Assembly: GCA_964614445.1 (NCBI GenBank)
Contig: CAZTLN010000002.1
Location: forward strand, 115,165 to 179,164
DNA from: an uncultured Flavobacterium sp.
GTDB taxonomy: Bacteria; Bacteroidota; Bacteroidia; Flavobacteriales; Flavobacteriaceae
Length of the DNA: 64,000 nucleotides
Direction: 5' to 3'
Shown here: positions 1-9,462 of the stretch, in pieces
Layout: every line of letters starts with the position of its first letter
Numbering within the stretch: position 1 is the first letter of the stretch
Made by a program: the position numbers and the translations under genes
Notes under the pieces: generated by a model
Databases searched by the model: none
Seen by the model: the letters and a program-made list of their open reading frames with translations, nothing else
Told to the model about the DNA's origin: nothing

Positions 1-449
1 TCTTCAGCAGTTTTGACAGCTTTTGGAGCAGCAGATTTTTCTTCGGTACCGGCTTCTGTTTGCGCAGCACTCGGCTTAGCTGGATTTAAATCAATTTTAC
101 CAACCTGCACAGGACCGGAAATCGTAGCTCTTGCTTTGATAACTTCCTGTTGTTGTTTTTGAATTTCCTCGTCCCTTTTACGTTTGTCCTCAACTTCTTT
201 ATCTCTTTCAATACGTAAAGCCTCCTTTTCTTTTCTTTTCTCCTCGCCAACCTCTTTCGAAGCCTCTTTCCTACCTTTGTCACCAGCAAACTGACCGCAC
301 AGGACATCATATTCACTATTGGAAATTTTTGTGTTTGGATTAGACTCAATAGCAATCCCCCGATCTTTTAAAAAATCCACAGCTCTTTCCAAAGAAATAT
401 TTAATTCCCTTAAAACTTTATTAATTCTTATTACTCTTTCTTCAGACAT
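1..449 (-). CDS. infB: Translation initiation factor IF-2, N-terminal part (runs off the window start)
   Basis: Manual translation from ATG at 449 gives MSEERVIRINKVLRELNISLERAVDFLKDRGIAIESNPNTKIS..., followed by a charged K/E/R-rich region. It lies directly downstream of nusA, as in the conserved rimP-nusA-infB operon. Not in the ORF track. Confidence 0.93.
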   Translation of the reverse strand, partial: MSEERVIRINKVLRELNISLERAVDFLKDRGIAIESNPNTKISNSEYDVLCGQFAGDKGRKEASKEVGEEKRKEKEALRIERDKEVEDKRKRDEEIQKQQQEVIKARATISGPVQVGKIDLNPAKPSAAQTEAGTEEKSAAPKAVKTAE

Positions 450-501
450 ATAATTTTTTTATAATTACCTTTTTCTTAGTTATTGGAAGGATCTATTTTA
501 T

Positions 502-1755
502 CTAACTTTCAAACTCTTCTTTCAATATTTTCATTACATCAAGAATTGTTTCTTCTTCCAAATCGGTTCTTCTCACCAAATCCTCAACGTCATGTTTCAA
601 AACACTTTTAGCAGTATCCAATCCTATTTTTGCAAATTCATCGATGATCCATTCGTCGATCTCATCCGAAAACTCTTTTAATTCAACGTCATCTTCGTCT
701 GCAGTAGCACCGGCGATATCACCTTCTCTAATAACATCCAATTCGTAACCTGTAAGCAATCCAGCCAATTTTATATTGTGACCACCTCTTCCTATGGCCT
801 TAGAAACCTCCTCTAATTTCAAGAACACTTCAGCTCTTTTAGCTTCCTCATTAATTTTTATTGAAGAAACCTTTGCAGGACTTAGTGCTCTGGTTATAAA
901 TAACTGAATATTATTGGTGTAATTAATTACGTCAATATTTTCATTCCCTAATTCACGAACAATCCCATGTATACGAGAACCTTTCATACCCACACAAGCC
1001 CCTACAGGATCAATACGGTCATCATAAGAATCAACAGCAACCTTAGCTTTTTCTCCGGGAATCCTTACCACTTTTTTAATTGTAATAAGACCATCGAAAA
1101 CTTCAGGAATCTCTTGCTCAAATAACTTTTCTAAGAATTTTTCAGAAGTTCTGGACATAATAATTTGCGGCTTATTACCTTTAAGCTCAACATTTTCAAT
1201 TATACCCCGAACGTTGTCTCCTTTACGGAAAAAGTCAGAAGGTATTTGCTTTTCTTTTGGCAAAACAATTTCATTTCCATCATCATCAACCAAAATTACA
1301 ACTCTTGGTCTCACATGATGCACTTCGGCAGTATATATCTCTCCTATTAAATCTTTAAATTGTTTGTAAAGATTTGTATTATCATGTTCATGAATTTTAG
1401 AAATCAAATTCTGACGCAATGCCAAAATAGCTCTTCTTCCTAAATCTATCAATTTTACCTCTTCGGAAACCTCCTCACCAATCTCAAAGTCGGCTTCTAT
1501 TTTTCTGGCCTCTGTCAAAGTAATCTCCTCATTTTCAAAATCAAGATCTTCATCGGCAACGATTACTCTTCTTCTCCAAATCTCCATATCTCCTTTATCA
1601 GGATTTATAATGATATCGAAGTTCTCATCTGAACCGAATTTTTTCTTCAATGCATTTCTAAATACATCTTCTAAAATTGCCATAAGCGTTACACGATCTA
1701 TAAGTTTATCATCTTTAAACTCTGAAAACGAATCGATTAATGCTAAATTTTCCAT
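502..1755 (-). CDS. nusA: Transcription termination/antitermination factor NusA
   Basis: N-terminal, S1 and KH motifs (RIPGEKAKVAV, DPVGACVGMKGSRI, AIGRGGHNIKLA); operon context. Confidence 0.98.
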   Translation of the reverse strand: MENLALIDSFSEFKDDKLIDRVTLMAILEDVFRNALKKKFGSDENFDIIINPDKGDMEIWRRRVIVADEDLDFENEEITLTEARKIEADFEIGEEVSEEVKLIDLGRRAILALRQNLISKIHEHDNTNLYKQFKDLIGEIYTAEVHHVRPRVVILVDDDGNEIVLPKEKQIPSDFFRKGDNVRGIIENVELKGNKPQIIMSRTSEKFLEKLFEQEIPEVFDGLITIKKVVRIPGEKAKVAVDSYDDRIDPVGACVGMKGSRIHGIVRELGNENIDVINYTNNIQLFITRALSPAKVSSIKINEEAKRAEVFLKLEEVSKAIGRGGHNIKLAGLLTGYELDVIREGDIAGATADEDDVELKEFSDEIDEWIIDEFAKIGLDTAKSVLKHDVEDLVRRTDLEEETILDVMKILKEEFES

Positions 1756-1778
1756 GCGAATTCTTTAATTAATTTAAA

Positions 1779-2243
1779 TTAAAATGTTACTGTAACAACT
1801 GCCTCTTTTATATCTGAATAGAGAATCTGTTGTTCTTTTTGAACTGTTTCTTTTCCTTTTCCTACTTTCTTAGGTTCCCTGGCTTCCCAAGACAAAATTA
1901 TAAAATCTTCATTAGCATCAACTAACTCAGCTTCAATTTTTTCAGAACCTGTGTGTACTATTAATGTTCTACCAACATTCTTTTTATATTGACGAACCAA
2001 TTTCAACGGAGATCCAATCCCTACCGAAGCAACTTCCAGAGAAAAATCCTGTTCTTCCCTATCTAACTTACTTTCTATAGCTCTGCTAATATCAATACAA
2101 TCCTGCAAAGCCACTCCATTATCTCCGTCTAAAGTCACAATAACCTTAAATGCATCGGTTATTGTCAAATCTATCAGAAAAAGCGATGGCCTTTCCGAAA
2201 GAGCCTCTGATAACAACGAATTTACTTTTTCTTTAAACGTCAT
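1779..2243 (-). CDS. rimP: Ribosome maturation factor RimP
   Basis: [10 protein letters not shown]...FSLEVASVG motifs; first gene of rimP-nusA-infB. Confidence 0.95.
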   Translation of the reverse strand: MTFKEKVNSLLSEALSERPSLFLIDLTITDAFKVIVTLDGDNGVALQDCIDISRAIESKLDREEQDFSLEVASVGIGSPLKLVRQYKKNVGRTLIVHTGSEKIEAELVDANEDFIILSWEAREPKKVGKGKETVQKEQQILYSDIKEAVVTVTF

Positions 2244-2252
2244 ATTTTTTAT

Positions 2253-2278
2253 AAAAAGAGGGGACCTTTAGTCCCCTC
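2253..2278 (-). promoter_or_regulatory. rimP leader: GC-rich terminator-like hairpin plus U-tract
   Basis: Minus strand GAGGGGAC-TAAAG-GTCCCCTC-TTTTT, ending about 10 nt before the rimP ATG. Confidence 0.7.
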
Positions 2279-2306
2279 ATTATCTCGATTTTAATAAATA
2301 ATGATG

Positions 2307-2336
2307 CAAATATAGTGTTATTTTTTTGAAACCAAA
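2307..2336 (-). promoter_or_regulatory. Bacteroidota primary-sigma promoter for rimP-nusA-infB
   Basis: TATATTTG (complement of 2307-2314) matches TAnnTTTG; TTTG at 2333-2336 with an 18-nt spacer. Confidence 0.7.
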
Positions 2337-2414
2337 AAATAATTGATTACTGTAAATTTATTCCTTATCTTTAATACAACATTAAAAGACTTAAAAATCA
2401 ACACTTTATAAACC

Positions 2415-3248
2415 ATGAAAAGAATTCTTGTTCCCACCGATTTTTCATCTCATGCAGAAAACGCATTAAAAACAGCAGCACAGATCGCAAAAAAAACCAA
2501 CAGCGAAATACACTTACTTCACATCATTGAGACACCAAATCAGATGAATGATGCCTTAACGGCTTCTGCAGATATTCCTGAAGTAATGTTATATATAAAA
2601 AAAGCTACTGAAACATTAGATTCCATTCGCGAACAAGGTTTTTTGGAAAATATTACCGTCACAGAATCTATTCGCTTTGAGAGGGTATTTAAAGGCATTA
2701 TTTCTTATACAAATGAAAATGAAACCGATTTGATCGTAATGGGCTCCCACGGTATCTCTGGTATAGAGGAAATATTATTAGGTTCTAACACCGAAAGAAT
2801 TGTCCGTCTGGCCAATGTTCCAGTTCTAGTCATAAAAAAGGACAATCCTTATTTCAACCCATCAAAAATTGTTTTTGCATCAGATTTCTCAGATGAAATA
2901 AAGGAACCTTTTAAAAAACTACTTAAATTTGCTAAAATATACAACTCCAAGATATCAATGCTGACCATCTGCACACCAAACAGCTTTAAACCCACATCGG
3001 TAACCAACAAAATTATGCAGGAGTTTACCAACGATTTAAATATCGAAAATTTATCATTTCACATCTATAATGATACAAACATAGAAAAGGGAATTATCAA
3101 TTTTTCAAACGAAATAAACGCTGATTTAATTTCCATTTGCACCCACGGCCGGACAGGACTATCGCATTTTTTCACAGGCAGCATAAGTGAAGATTTGGCT
3201 AATCATGCTGCAAGACCCCTTCTGGTTTATAAAATTCACAAAAAGTAA
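2415..3248 (+). CDS. Universal stress protein (tandem Usp domains)
   Basis: ILVPTDFS start, DLIVMGSHG...GSNTERIVR, second domain ending THGRTG...GSISEDL. Confidence 0.92.
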   Translation: MKRILVPTDFSSHAENALKTAAQIAKKTNSEIHLLHIIETPNQMNDALTASADIPEVMLYIKKATETLDSIREQGFLENITVTESIRFERVFKGIISYTNENETDLIVMGSHGISGIEEILLGSNTERIVRLANVPVLVIKKDNPYFNPSKIVFASDFSDEIKEPFKKLLKFAKIYNSKISMLTICTPNSFKPTSVTNKIMQEFTNDLNIENLSFHIYNDTNIEKGIINFSNEINADLISICTHGRTGLSHFFTGSISEDLANHAARPLLVYKIHKK

Positions 3249-3270
3249 ACATCACTACAATAGTTAAACA

Positions 3271-3300
3271 AAAAAGCCTCTCATTTCTGAGAGGCTTTTT
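3271..3300. terminator. Bidirectional intrinsic terminator between usp and tRNA-Gln
   Basis: AAAAAGCCTCTCA-TTTC-TGAGAGGCTTTTT. Confidence 0.85.
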
Positions 3301-3303
3301 AAG

Positions 3304-3374
3304 TTGGTCCACTAGGACTCGAACCTAGAAAGACGGCACCAAAAACCGTAGTGTTACCATTACACCATGGACCA
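3304..3374 (-). tRNA. tRNA-Gln (anticodon TTG), CCA not encoded
   Basis: Reverse complement folds as a cloverleaf: acceptor TGGTCCA/TGGACCA, D-arm GGTGTAATGGTAACAC, anticodon stem ACGGT/GCCGT with loop TT-TTG-GT, T-loop GGTTCGAGTCC. TAAATTTG promoter at 3400-3407. Confidence 0.96.
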
Positions 3375-3593
3375 TTATGTTCTTGCGGTTAAGCGACTGC
3401 AAATTTATAAGGTTTTTTAGTATCCACAAACTTTTTATCTCTTTTTTTAAAAAAAAATCGACTCATTTTTAAAACCTACTCAATACCAGTATTTTATAAA
3501 AATCAAGAGTTTTTCAGAAAAATCAATTTACCGTCCCGCCCTTTAAAAAAAAATATTTTCTTTGTATCATCAAATATAACTAAATTTTTTTAC

Positions 3594-6500
3594 ATGAATA
3601 AGGAGGCATTCAATTTCAACAAATGGAACACAATCATTGGATGGATCACATTTGGAATCGCATTAATTACATATTCACTCACTGTTGAACCTACGATGAG
3701 TTTCTGGGATTGTGGTGAATATATAGCCACTGCTGCCAAACTTGAAGTTGGCCATCCCCCTGGAGCTCCTTTGTTTCAGATGATCGGCGCTTTTTTTGCC
3801 ATGTTTGCTTCAGACAAAGAACATATCGCCCTTATGGTAAACATGACGTCAGTTTTTTCAAGCGCATTTACCATTTTGTTCATGTTTTGGTCTTCATCCA
3901 TGATATTAAAAAAAATCATTTCTAATTTTTCAGAAAACAACAAAAGCAATGATATTGTGGTTCTGGGAAGTTCATTTGTCGGATCCTTGGCCTACACCTA
4001 TTCGGATAGTTTTTGGTTCAACGCTGTAGAAGCAGAAGTTTACGCAATGGCTTCTCTTCTGATTGCTTTACTTTTTTGGCTTGGCCTACGATGGGAGCAG
4101 GACATGAACAAACCTCGAGGAAACAAATGGTTGCTAATAATATCCTTGGTAGTTGGTCTTTCATTCGGAGTTCACTTTATGGCATTATTAGCCATCCCTT
4201 CAATTGGATTCCTCTATTATTTCAAGCATTACAAAACAATAACGATCAAAAATTTCATTGTTGCAAACGTAGTGGTCATTTCAATACTTTTGTTTATTTT
4301 CAAATTACTATTACCATTAACTATGGCATTTTTCGCCAAGGCAGAAATATTCACTGTCAATAACTTGGGTATGCCATTTGATTCAGGAACCATTATTGCA
4401 ACTATTTTGCTTGCCGCCGCATTTTACTTTGGCCTAAAGTACACAAAAGAAAAAGGCTTGGTGACTATTAACACCCTAGTCCTGTGTATTCTATTCATCT
4501 TTATAGGTTTCTCAACCTGGTTAATGTTACCGATAAGAGCTAACGCAAATGTAATTATCAACGAAAACAAACCTTCAGATGCGCGAGAGGTATTAGCATA
4601 CTACAACAGAGAACAATACGGCTCCAATCCATTATTCTATGGACCGCAATACACGGAAACTTTTGCAGGTCTGGACAAAGACAAACCTTATCTCGACAAG
4701 GCCCCAAATTATGAACGCGATTACAAAACAGGGAAGTATATTATTGTAAACAACTACATTAATGCAGAGCAGAATACCGACGACAATCACAAAGCATTCC
4801 TCCCAAGATTGTGGAGTACTGACCATATAGAAAACTACATCAACTTCACGAATCCACCGCAATTTCAAATAAACCCAAACTATCCCTATGAGGAAGATTT
4901 AGCAAAATACGGGATTGATGTGAGCAATATATCTGAAGAAAACTACAACAGAGCCATTGCACAACTCAAAAGCGAAGTTGACAAAACTATTTCAGATTTC
5001 AGAATTGCCTATGCTCAAAAACAAATTGACAATGAAGGCTACATTAAATTCCTACGAACATATGGTGACTATTTAATAGTTGAGAAGCCGTCTGCCATTG
5101 ATAATTTTAGCTTTATGTTCGAATATCAGTTTGGCTATATGTACTGGCGATATTTGATGTGGAATTTCGTGGGAAGACAAAATGACATTCAAGGACGATA
5201 CGGCAACCAAGACGGAAATTGGTTGAGCGGAATCAAGTTTATTGACGAAATACATCTTGGCTCCCAAAGCGATCTTCCTAGCGACGCATTAAACAACAAA
5301 GGAAGAAACGTATATTATTTCATCCCCTTTATTTTAGGACTAATTGGGCTTATGTACCACGCAAGCAAAGATTTGAAGAGTTTCTATGTATTATTAGCTC
5401 TGTTCCTTTTTACCGGATTTGCCCTGAAAATCTACCTTAACGAAAGGCCGTTCGAACCAAGAGAAAGAGACTATGCCTTGGTGGGTTCCTTCTATGTATT
5501 CGCTATCTGGATTGGTTTTGGTGTGTATTCCTTATACGAAAGCGCTCAAAAATATTTAGCCCCAAAAATAGCAGGGCCAATTCTTATAGCAGGGTCATTA
5601 CTATTTGCACCAGTATTAATGGCATCTCAAAACTGGGACGACCATGATCGTTCGGGTAAATATACTGCTTTGGCGATGGCAAAAGCATATTTAAATTCAT
5701 GCGATCCAAATGCGATTTTATTTACAATTGGAGATAATGACACCTTCCCATTGTGGTACGCTCAAGAAATCGAAGGAATCAGAACCGATGTCAAAATTGT
5801 CAATACAAGCCTTTTCATGACAGATTGGTATATCGATCAAATGAAAATGAAAACTTATGAATCTAACCCATTACCAATTTCCTTCACACATGATCAATAT
5901 GTAGGAGACAAGCTTGACTATGTAGTCCATATTCCAAAAGTAAAAACCAGATGGGACATAATAGGGTTCATGGATTTTATTAAAAATCCGAAATCAACGG
6001 TTGAAATGCAAAATGGACAAACGATCCATTTTTACCCTACAAATCAAATCAGGATAGCTGTTGACAAAAACACTATCATCAAAAACAAAGTAGTTTCGGA
6101 AAAATACTTTGATTCAATTGTGCCTTACATAGACATTGATCTAAAGGGAAGTGCTCTTTATAAGAACAGACTAATGATGCTTGACTTGGTAGCCAATAAC
6201 AATTGGGAACGTCCTATTTATTTTAGCGGTGGCGCTTTTGACAACGAAGATTATCTGTGGATGAAAGATTATCTCCAACTTGATGGTATGGTATACAAAT
6301 TGGTGCCGATCAAAACAAGTATAAGCAAAGATGGAGGCCCAATGGAAATGGGACAAATAGATTCAGAAAAAATGTACAAGAACGTTATGGCCTGGGATTG
6401 GGGAAACAACGATAGTGACAAAATCTATCATGACCCGGAAACCAGAAGAGAAAGTATAACTTACCGTACCAACCTTTCCAGACTGATGGATCAATTAATC

Positions 6501-6875
6501 AAAGAAGGCAAAACAGAAAAAGCTAAAAATGTGATTGAACTTGCTATGAGCAAAATGCCTTTGGATAAATTCGGATATTATTCTCTATTAGAACCTTTCG
6601 CAGATGGGTATTATAAAGTAGGCGAAAAAGAAAAAGCTCATGCTCTTTTGGATAAATTAATAACCAAATACCGGGAAAACCTCAACTATTACAGCAAGAT
6701 TCCCCCGGGAGACCAAAACGATCTTGTCATCGACATCATAACTGACATTGAACGCTATAGAGGCTTACTTTCTGTAATGAACGAGAACAACGACCACGGA
6801 TTTTATCAAAAAAACAAGACGGTATTCAACACATATATCGAAATCTTTGATCGTTTCGGGAGGGACAAAGAATAA
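3594..6875 (+). CDS. DUF2723-domain multi-pass membrane protein (GT117/TMEM260-like, GT-C fold glycosyltransferase)
   Basis: Motifs FWDCGEYIA, HPPGAPLF, FWFNAVEAEVY, RERDYA and GDNDTFPLWY; many hydrophobic segments and a soluble C-terminal region. Confidence 0.85.
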   Translation: MNKEAFNFNKWNTIIGWITFGIALITYSLTVEPTMSFWDCGEYIATAAKLEVGHPPGAPLFQMIGAFFAMFASDKEHIALMVNMTSVFSSAFTILFMFWSSSMILKKIISNFSENNKSNDIVVLGSSFVGSLAYTYSDSFWFNAVEAEVYAMASLLIALLFWLGLRWEQDMNKPRGNKWLLIISLVVGLSFGVHFMALLAIPSIGFLYYFKHYKTITIKNFIVANVVVISILLFIFKLLLPLTMAFFAKAEIFTVNNLGMPFDSGTIIATILLAAAFYFGLKYTKEKGLVTINTLVLCILFIFIGFSTWLMLPIRANANVIINENKPSDAREVLAYYNREQYGSNPLFYGPQYTETFAGLDKDKPYLDKAPNYERDYKTGKYIIVNNYINAEQNTDDNHKAFLPRLWSTDHIENYINFTNPPQFQINPNYPYEEDLAKYGIDVSNISEENYNRAIAQLKSEVDKTISDFRIAYAQKQIDNEGYIKFLRTYGDYLIVEKPSAIDNFSFMFEYQFGYMYWRYLMWNFVGRQNDIQGRYGNQDGNWLSGIKFIDEIHLGSQSDLPSDALNNKGRNVYYFIPFILGLIGLMYHASKDLKSFYVLLALFLFTGFALKIYLNERPFEPRERDYALVGSFYVFAIWIGFGVYSLYESAQKYLAPKIAGPILIAGSLLFAPVLMASQNWDDHDRSGKYTALAMAKAYLNSCDPNAILFTIGDNDTFPLWYAQEIEGIRTDVKIVNTSLFMTDWYIDQMKMKTYESNPLPISFTHDQYVGDKLDYVVHIPKVKTRWDIIGFMDFIKNPKSTVEMQNGQTIHFYPTNQIRIAVDKNTIIKNKVVSEKYFDSIVPYIDIDLKGSALYKNRLMMLDLVANNNWERPIYFSGGAFDNEDYLWMKDYLQLDGMVYKLVPIKTSISKDGGPMEMGQIDSEKMYKNVMAWDWGNNDSDKIYHDPETRRESITYRTNLSRLMDQLIKEGKTEKAKNVIELAMSKMPLDKFGYYSLLEPFADGYYKVGEKEKAHALLDKLITKYRENLNYYSKIPPGDQNDLVIDIITDIERYRGLLSVMNENNDHGFYQKNKTVFNTYIEIFDRFGRDKE

Positions 6876-6964
6876 TATCTCCTTCGGACAAAAAACACAA
6901 AAATGTAGCAATCTCAATTTGATTGCTACATTTTTTTTATCTTTAAAATCTAACCTCACCAATA

Positions 6965-7612
6965 ATGAAACCTTACTGGATAAAAACGAATTTCATTATC
7001 AAAAAGATATTCTCCGGACATACCTGGCATTTTCCCCTTAGCAAAAACAAAATTTATTTGACCTTCGATGATGGACCAACACCTCAAGTTACAGAGTGGG
7101 TTTTGGAACAGTTGAAAAAATATGATGCTAAAGCTACATTTTTCTGTATTGGCAAAAATATTGAAGAAAATCCGTCGGTATTTAAAAAATTACTAGAGCA
7201 AGGACACTCGATTGGGAATCACACACATACACACCCCAACGGTTGGAAAACAACAACTAATGATTATCTAGAAAACGTTGAATTGTGCCAGAAAACATTA
7301 GCTGCGAATAATGTATCAACAAGATTATTCAGGCCACCATATGGCAAACTGAAACCGCTTCAGTTCAACAGTTTAAAAAAAAAGGGATTTAAAATAATCA
7401 TGTGGGACATTCTCAGTGCCGACTTTGACGCAACTATCGAACCTGAAGAATGTCTGAAAAATGTCGTCCAAAATATCAAACAGGGAAGCATTATCATTTT
7501 TCACGATAGCAAAAAAGCTTTTAAAAACCTTGAATACAGTTTGCCGCAAGTTTTGGAGTATGCTAAAAACAAGAATTTGCGCTGCGAAATCATAAGCAAC
7601 AGCACAATCTAA
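6965..7612 (+). CDS. Polysaccharide deacetylase (NodB/CE4 family)
   Basis: LTFDDGP, GNHTHTHP, LFRPPYG and IIIFHD motifs. Confidence 0.93.
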   Translation: MKPYWIKTNFIIKKIFSGHTWHFPLSKNKIYLTFDDGPTPQVTEWVLEQLKKYDAKATFFCIGKNIEENPSVFKKLLEQGHSIGNHTHTHPNGWKTTTNDYLENVELCQKTLAANNVSTRLFRPPYGKLKPLQFNSLKKKGFKIIMWDILSADFDATIEPEECLKNVVQNIKQGSIIIFHDSKKAFKNLEYSLPQVLEYAKNKNLRCEIISNSTI

Positions 7613-7628
7613 TTAACTACCAGCTAAA

Positions 7629-7925
7629 TTATAGTTGCTCCTGAACAATTGAAATCAGTGAATTTGCATCCAATTCACCTGATTGCCTCCATACCATTTG
7701 CCCCTCTTTGTAGATCATTAAAGTTGGAAGTCCTTTAATTCTCAATGCCTCTGCCAGTTCTTGGTTTTTATCGACATCAATTTTTATCACTTTAGCCCTA
7801 TCTCCAAGGGCTGCAGCCACATCTCTTATTACAGGATGCATTGAAATTGATGATTCATTCCAGTCCGTATAAAAATCGATTAAAACCGGAACATGAGCTG
7901 ATATAAGTTCTCCAAATTTTGACAT
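7629..7925 (-). CDS. Thioredoxin-fold protein lacking the CxxC motif
   Basis: PVLIDFYTDW...KIDVDKNQELA...IKGLPTLMIYKEG pattern; no cysteine in the protein. Confidence 0.85.
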   Translation of the reverse strand: MSKFGELISAHVPVLIDFYTDWNESSISMHPVIRDVAAALGDRAKVIKIDVDKNQELAEALRIKGLPTLMIYKEGQMVWRQSGELDANSLISIVQEQL

Positions 7926-8000
7926 AAAACCAAAAATTAAATATTTTTAAATCTAATAAAAATACAGATACTATGGTGCAAATGTAACATTTTTAACTAA

Positions 8001-9236
8001 TTATGCTACATTCTTGCCTTTTTTTAGCTCAATTACGGTAATTTCAGGCATAATTCCCACCCTCCCAGGATAAGCGTGAAAACCAAAACCTCTGTTAACA
8101 TAAATATATCTTCCTAAGTTTTCATATAGCCCAGCCCATTGAGCATATACATATTGAGCCAAACTCCATTTGAAATAACCCGGAATTTCTATACCAAACT
8201 GCATTCCATGAGTATGACCCGAGAAAGTAAGCTGAAAATTCTTTTCGTGATTTTTTATTTGCAAATCCCAATGGCTGGGGTCATGACTCATTAAAATTTT
8301 AAAATCATTTTTACCAAGATTTTGAGAAGCTTTATTAATATCTCCCACTTTCTTAAAATTATGTCCCCAATTCTCCACTCCAACCAAAGCTATCCTGTCA
8401 TCACCTTTTTCGATAAAGGTATGTTCGTTCAGCATCAATTTAAATCCAATATCCCCATATAAATTCTTAATATCCTGAAAATTCTTTTCCTTCTCAGCAG
8501 GAGTCGGCCAGGAAATATACTCCCCGTAATCATGATTTCCCAAAACTGAAAATTTTCCGTACTTATGCTCCTTTATTCTGTTAAAGGAGTCTATCCAGGG
8601 ATGCATTTCGTGTGCATGCGTATTGACTATATCTCCGGTAAACAACAACAAATCAGAATCCTGCTCATTAACCAAATCAATAGCGTGATTTATTTTGTCC
8701 GGATTATCAAAACTACCGCTGTGGACATCGGAAATCTGAGTGATTTTAAAGCCGTCAAAAGCGTCCGGCAAATCAGGAAAAAATATTCTTTGTTTGATAA
8801 CTTTATAATTGTACTTACCTATAGTAACTCCGTATATTAAAGACAAAAAGGGTACAGCTACAATTCCCAAACCCAGCTGACTTACAAACTTTCTTCGAGA
8901 AGGCAGGAAAGCCATATTATTGCTGTCTTTTAAAAAATAATTAACCGTACCAGCCCCAATTCTAAAAACATCCTCTCCAAACAACACCAGCATCAGTAAT
9001 ATTTTTGGGAGATAAACAATCAGCATCAATCCCATGGTAAATAAAGTCTGTCTGGTCTGACCAACCGAGCGATCAAACCTTGTAAAGGAGTAGAAGATAA
9101 ATAAAAATATAAATAAACTGATTATTTGATAAGAAATCAAAATCCATTTTATTTTGATTAAAGTTCTTAACGCTTGGTATGCATATAACTCAACGACGAT
9201 AAAAAAAATACTCAAAAAAAGCAACCTTAGAAACAT
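8001..9236 (-). CDS. Membrane-anchored metallophosphoesterase (YkuE/YaeI-like)
   Basis: DVH, GDIVN, GNHD, SHDP and GHTHG calcineurin-like motifs after N-terminal TM helices. Start revised to the ATG at 9236. Confidence 0.88.
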   Translation of the reverse strand: MFLRLLFLSIFFIVVELYAYQALRTLIKIKWILISYQIISLFIFLFIFYSFTRFDRSVGQTRQTLFTMGLMLIVYLPKILLMLVLFGEDVFRIGAGTVNYFLKDSNNMAFLPSRRKFVSQLGLGIVAVPFLSLIYGVTIGKYNYKVIKQRIFFPDLPDAFDGFKITQISDVHSGSFDNPDKINHAIDLVNEQDSDLLLFTGDIVNTHAHEMHPWIDSFNRIKEHKYGKFSVLGNHDYGEYISWPTPAEKEKNFQDIKNLYGDIGFKLMLNEHTFIEKGDDRIALVGVENWGHNFKKVGDINKASQNLGKNDFKILMSHDPSHWDLQIKNHEKNFQLTFSGHTHGMQFGIEIPGYFKWSLAQYVYAQWAGLYENLGRYIYVNRGFGFHAYPGRVGIMPEITVIELKKGKNVA

Positions 9237-9462
9237 TACAATATTTTTTTGACAAAATAACAAATTATGATAAGATTAAAAGCTTTCATTAGTCAATTTT
9301 TAACTAAAATAATTTAACCCAATCCCACTTTCTTTTTTTTATCAATCGATAATTTTTTCAGCTCCTGACTTTTGCAATCCAATAGGATTTAGAATATTTA
9401 TCAACCTTAACTTCTTTCTATTATAAGTTTTGTACTTTTGAAATCTTTAGAAAACAACAATT

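Noticed and set aside
86-355. Track ORF 86..355 (-), 89 aa basic protein
   Set aside because: Out-of-frame shadow of infB, which occupies 1-449 on the same strand.
3250-3420. tRNA-Gln as an integration site for an island
   Set aside because: No integrase, no duplicated tRNA 3' end, and core genes flank both sides.
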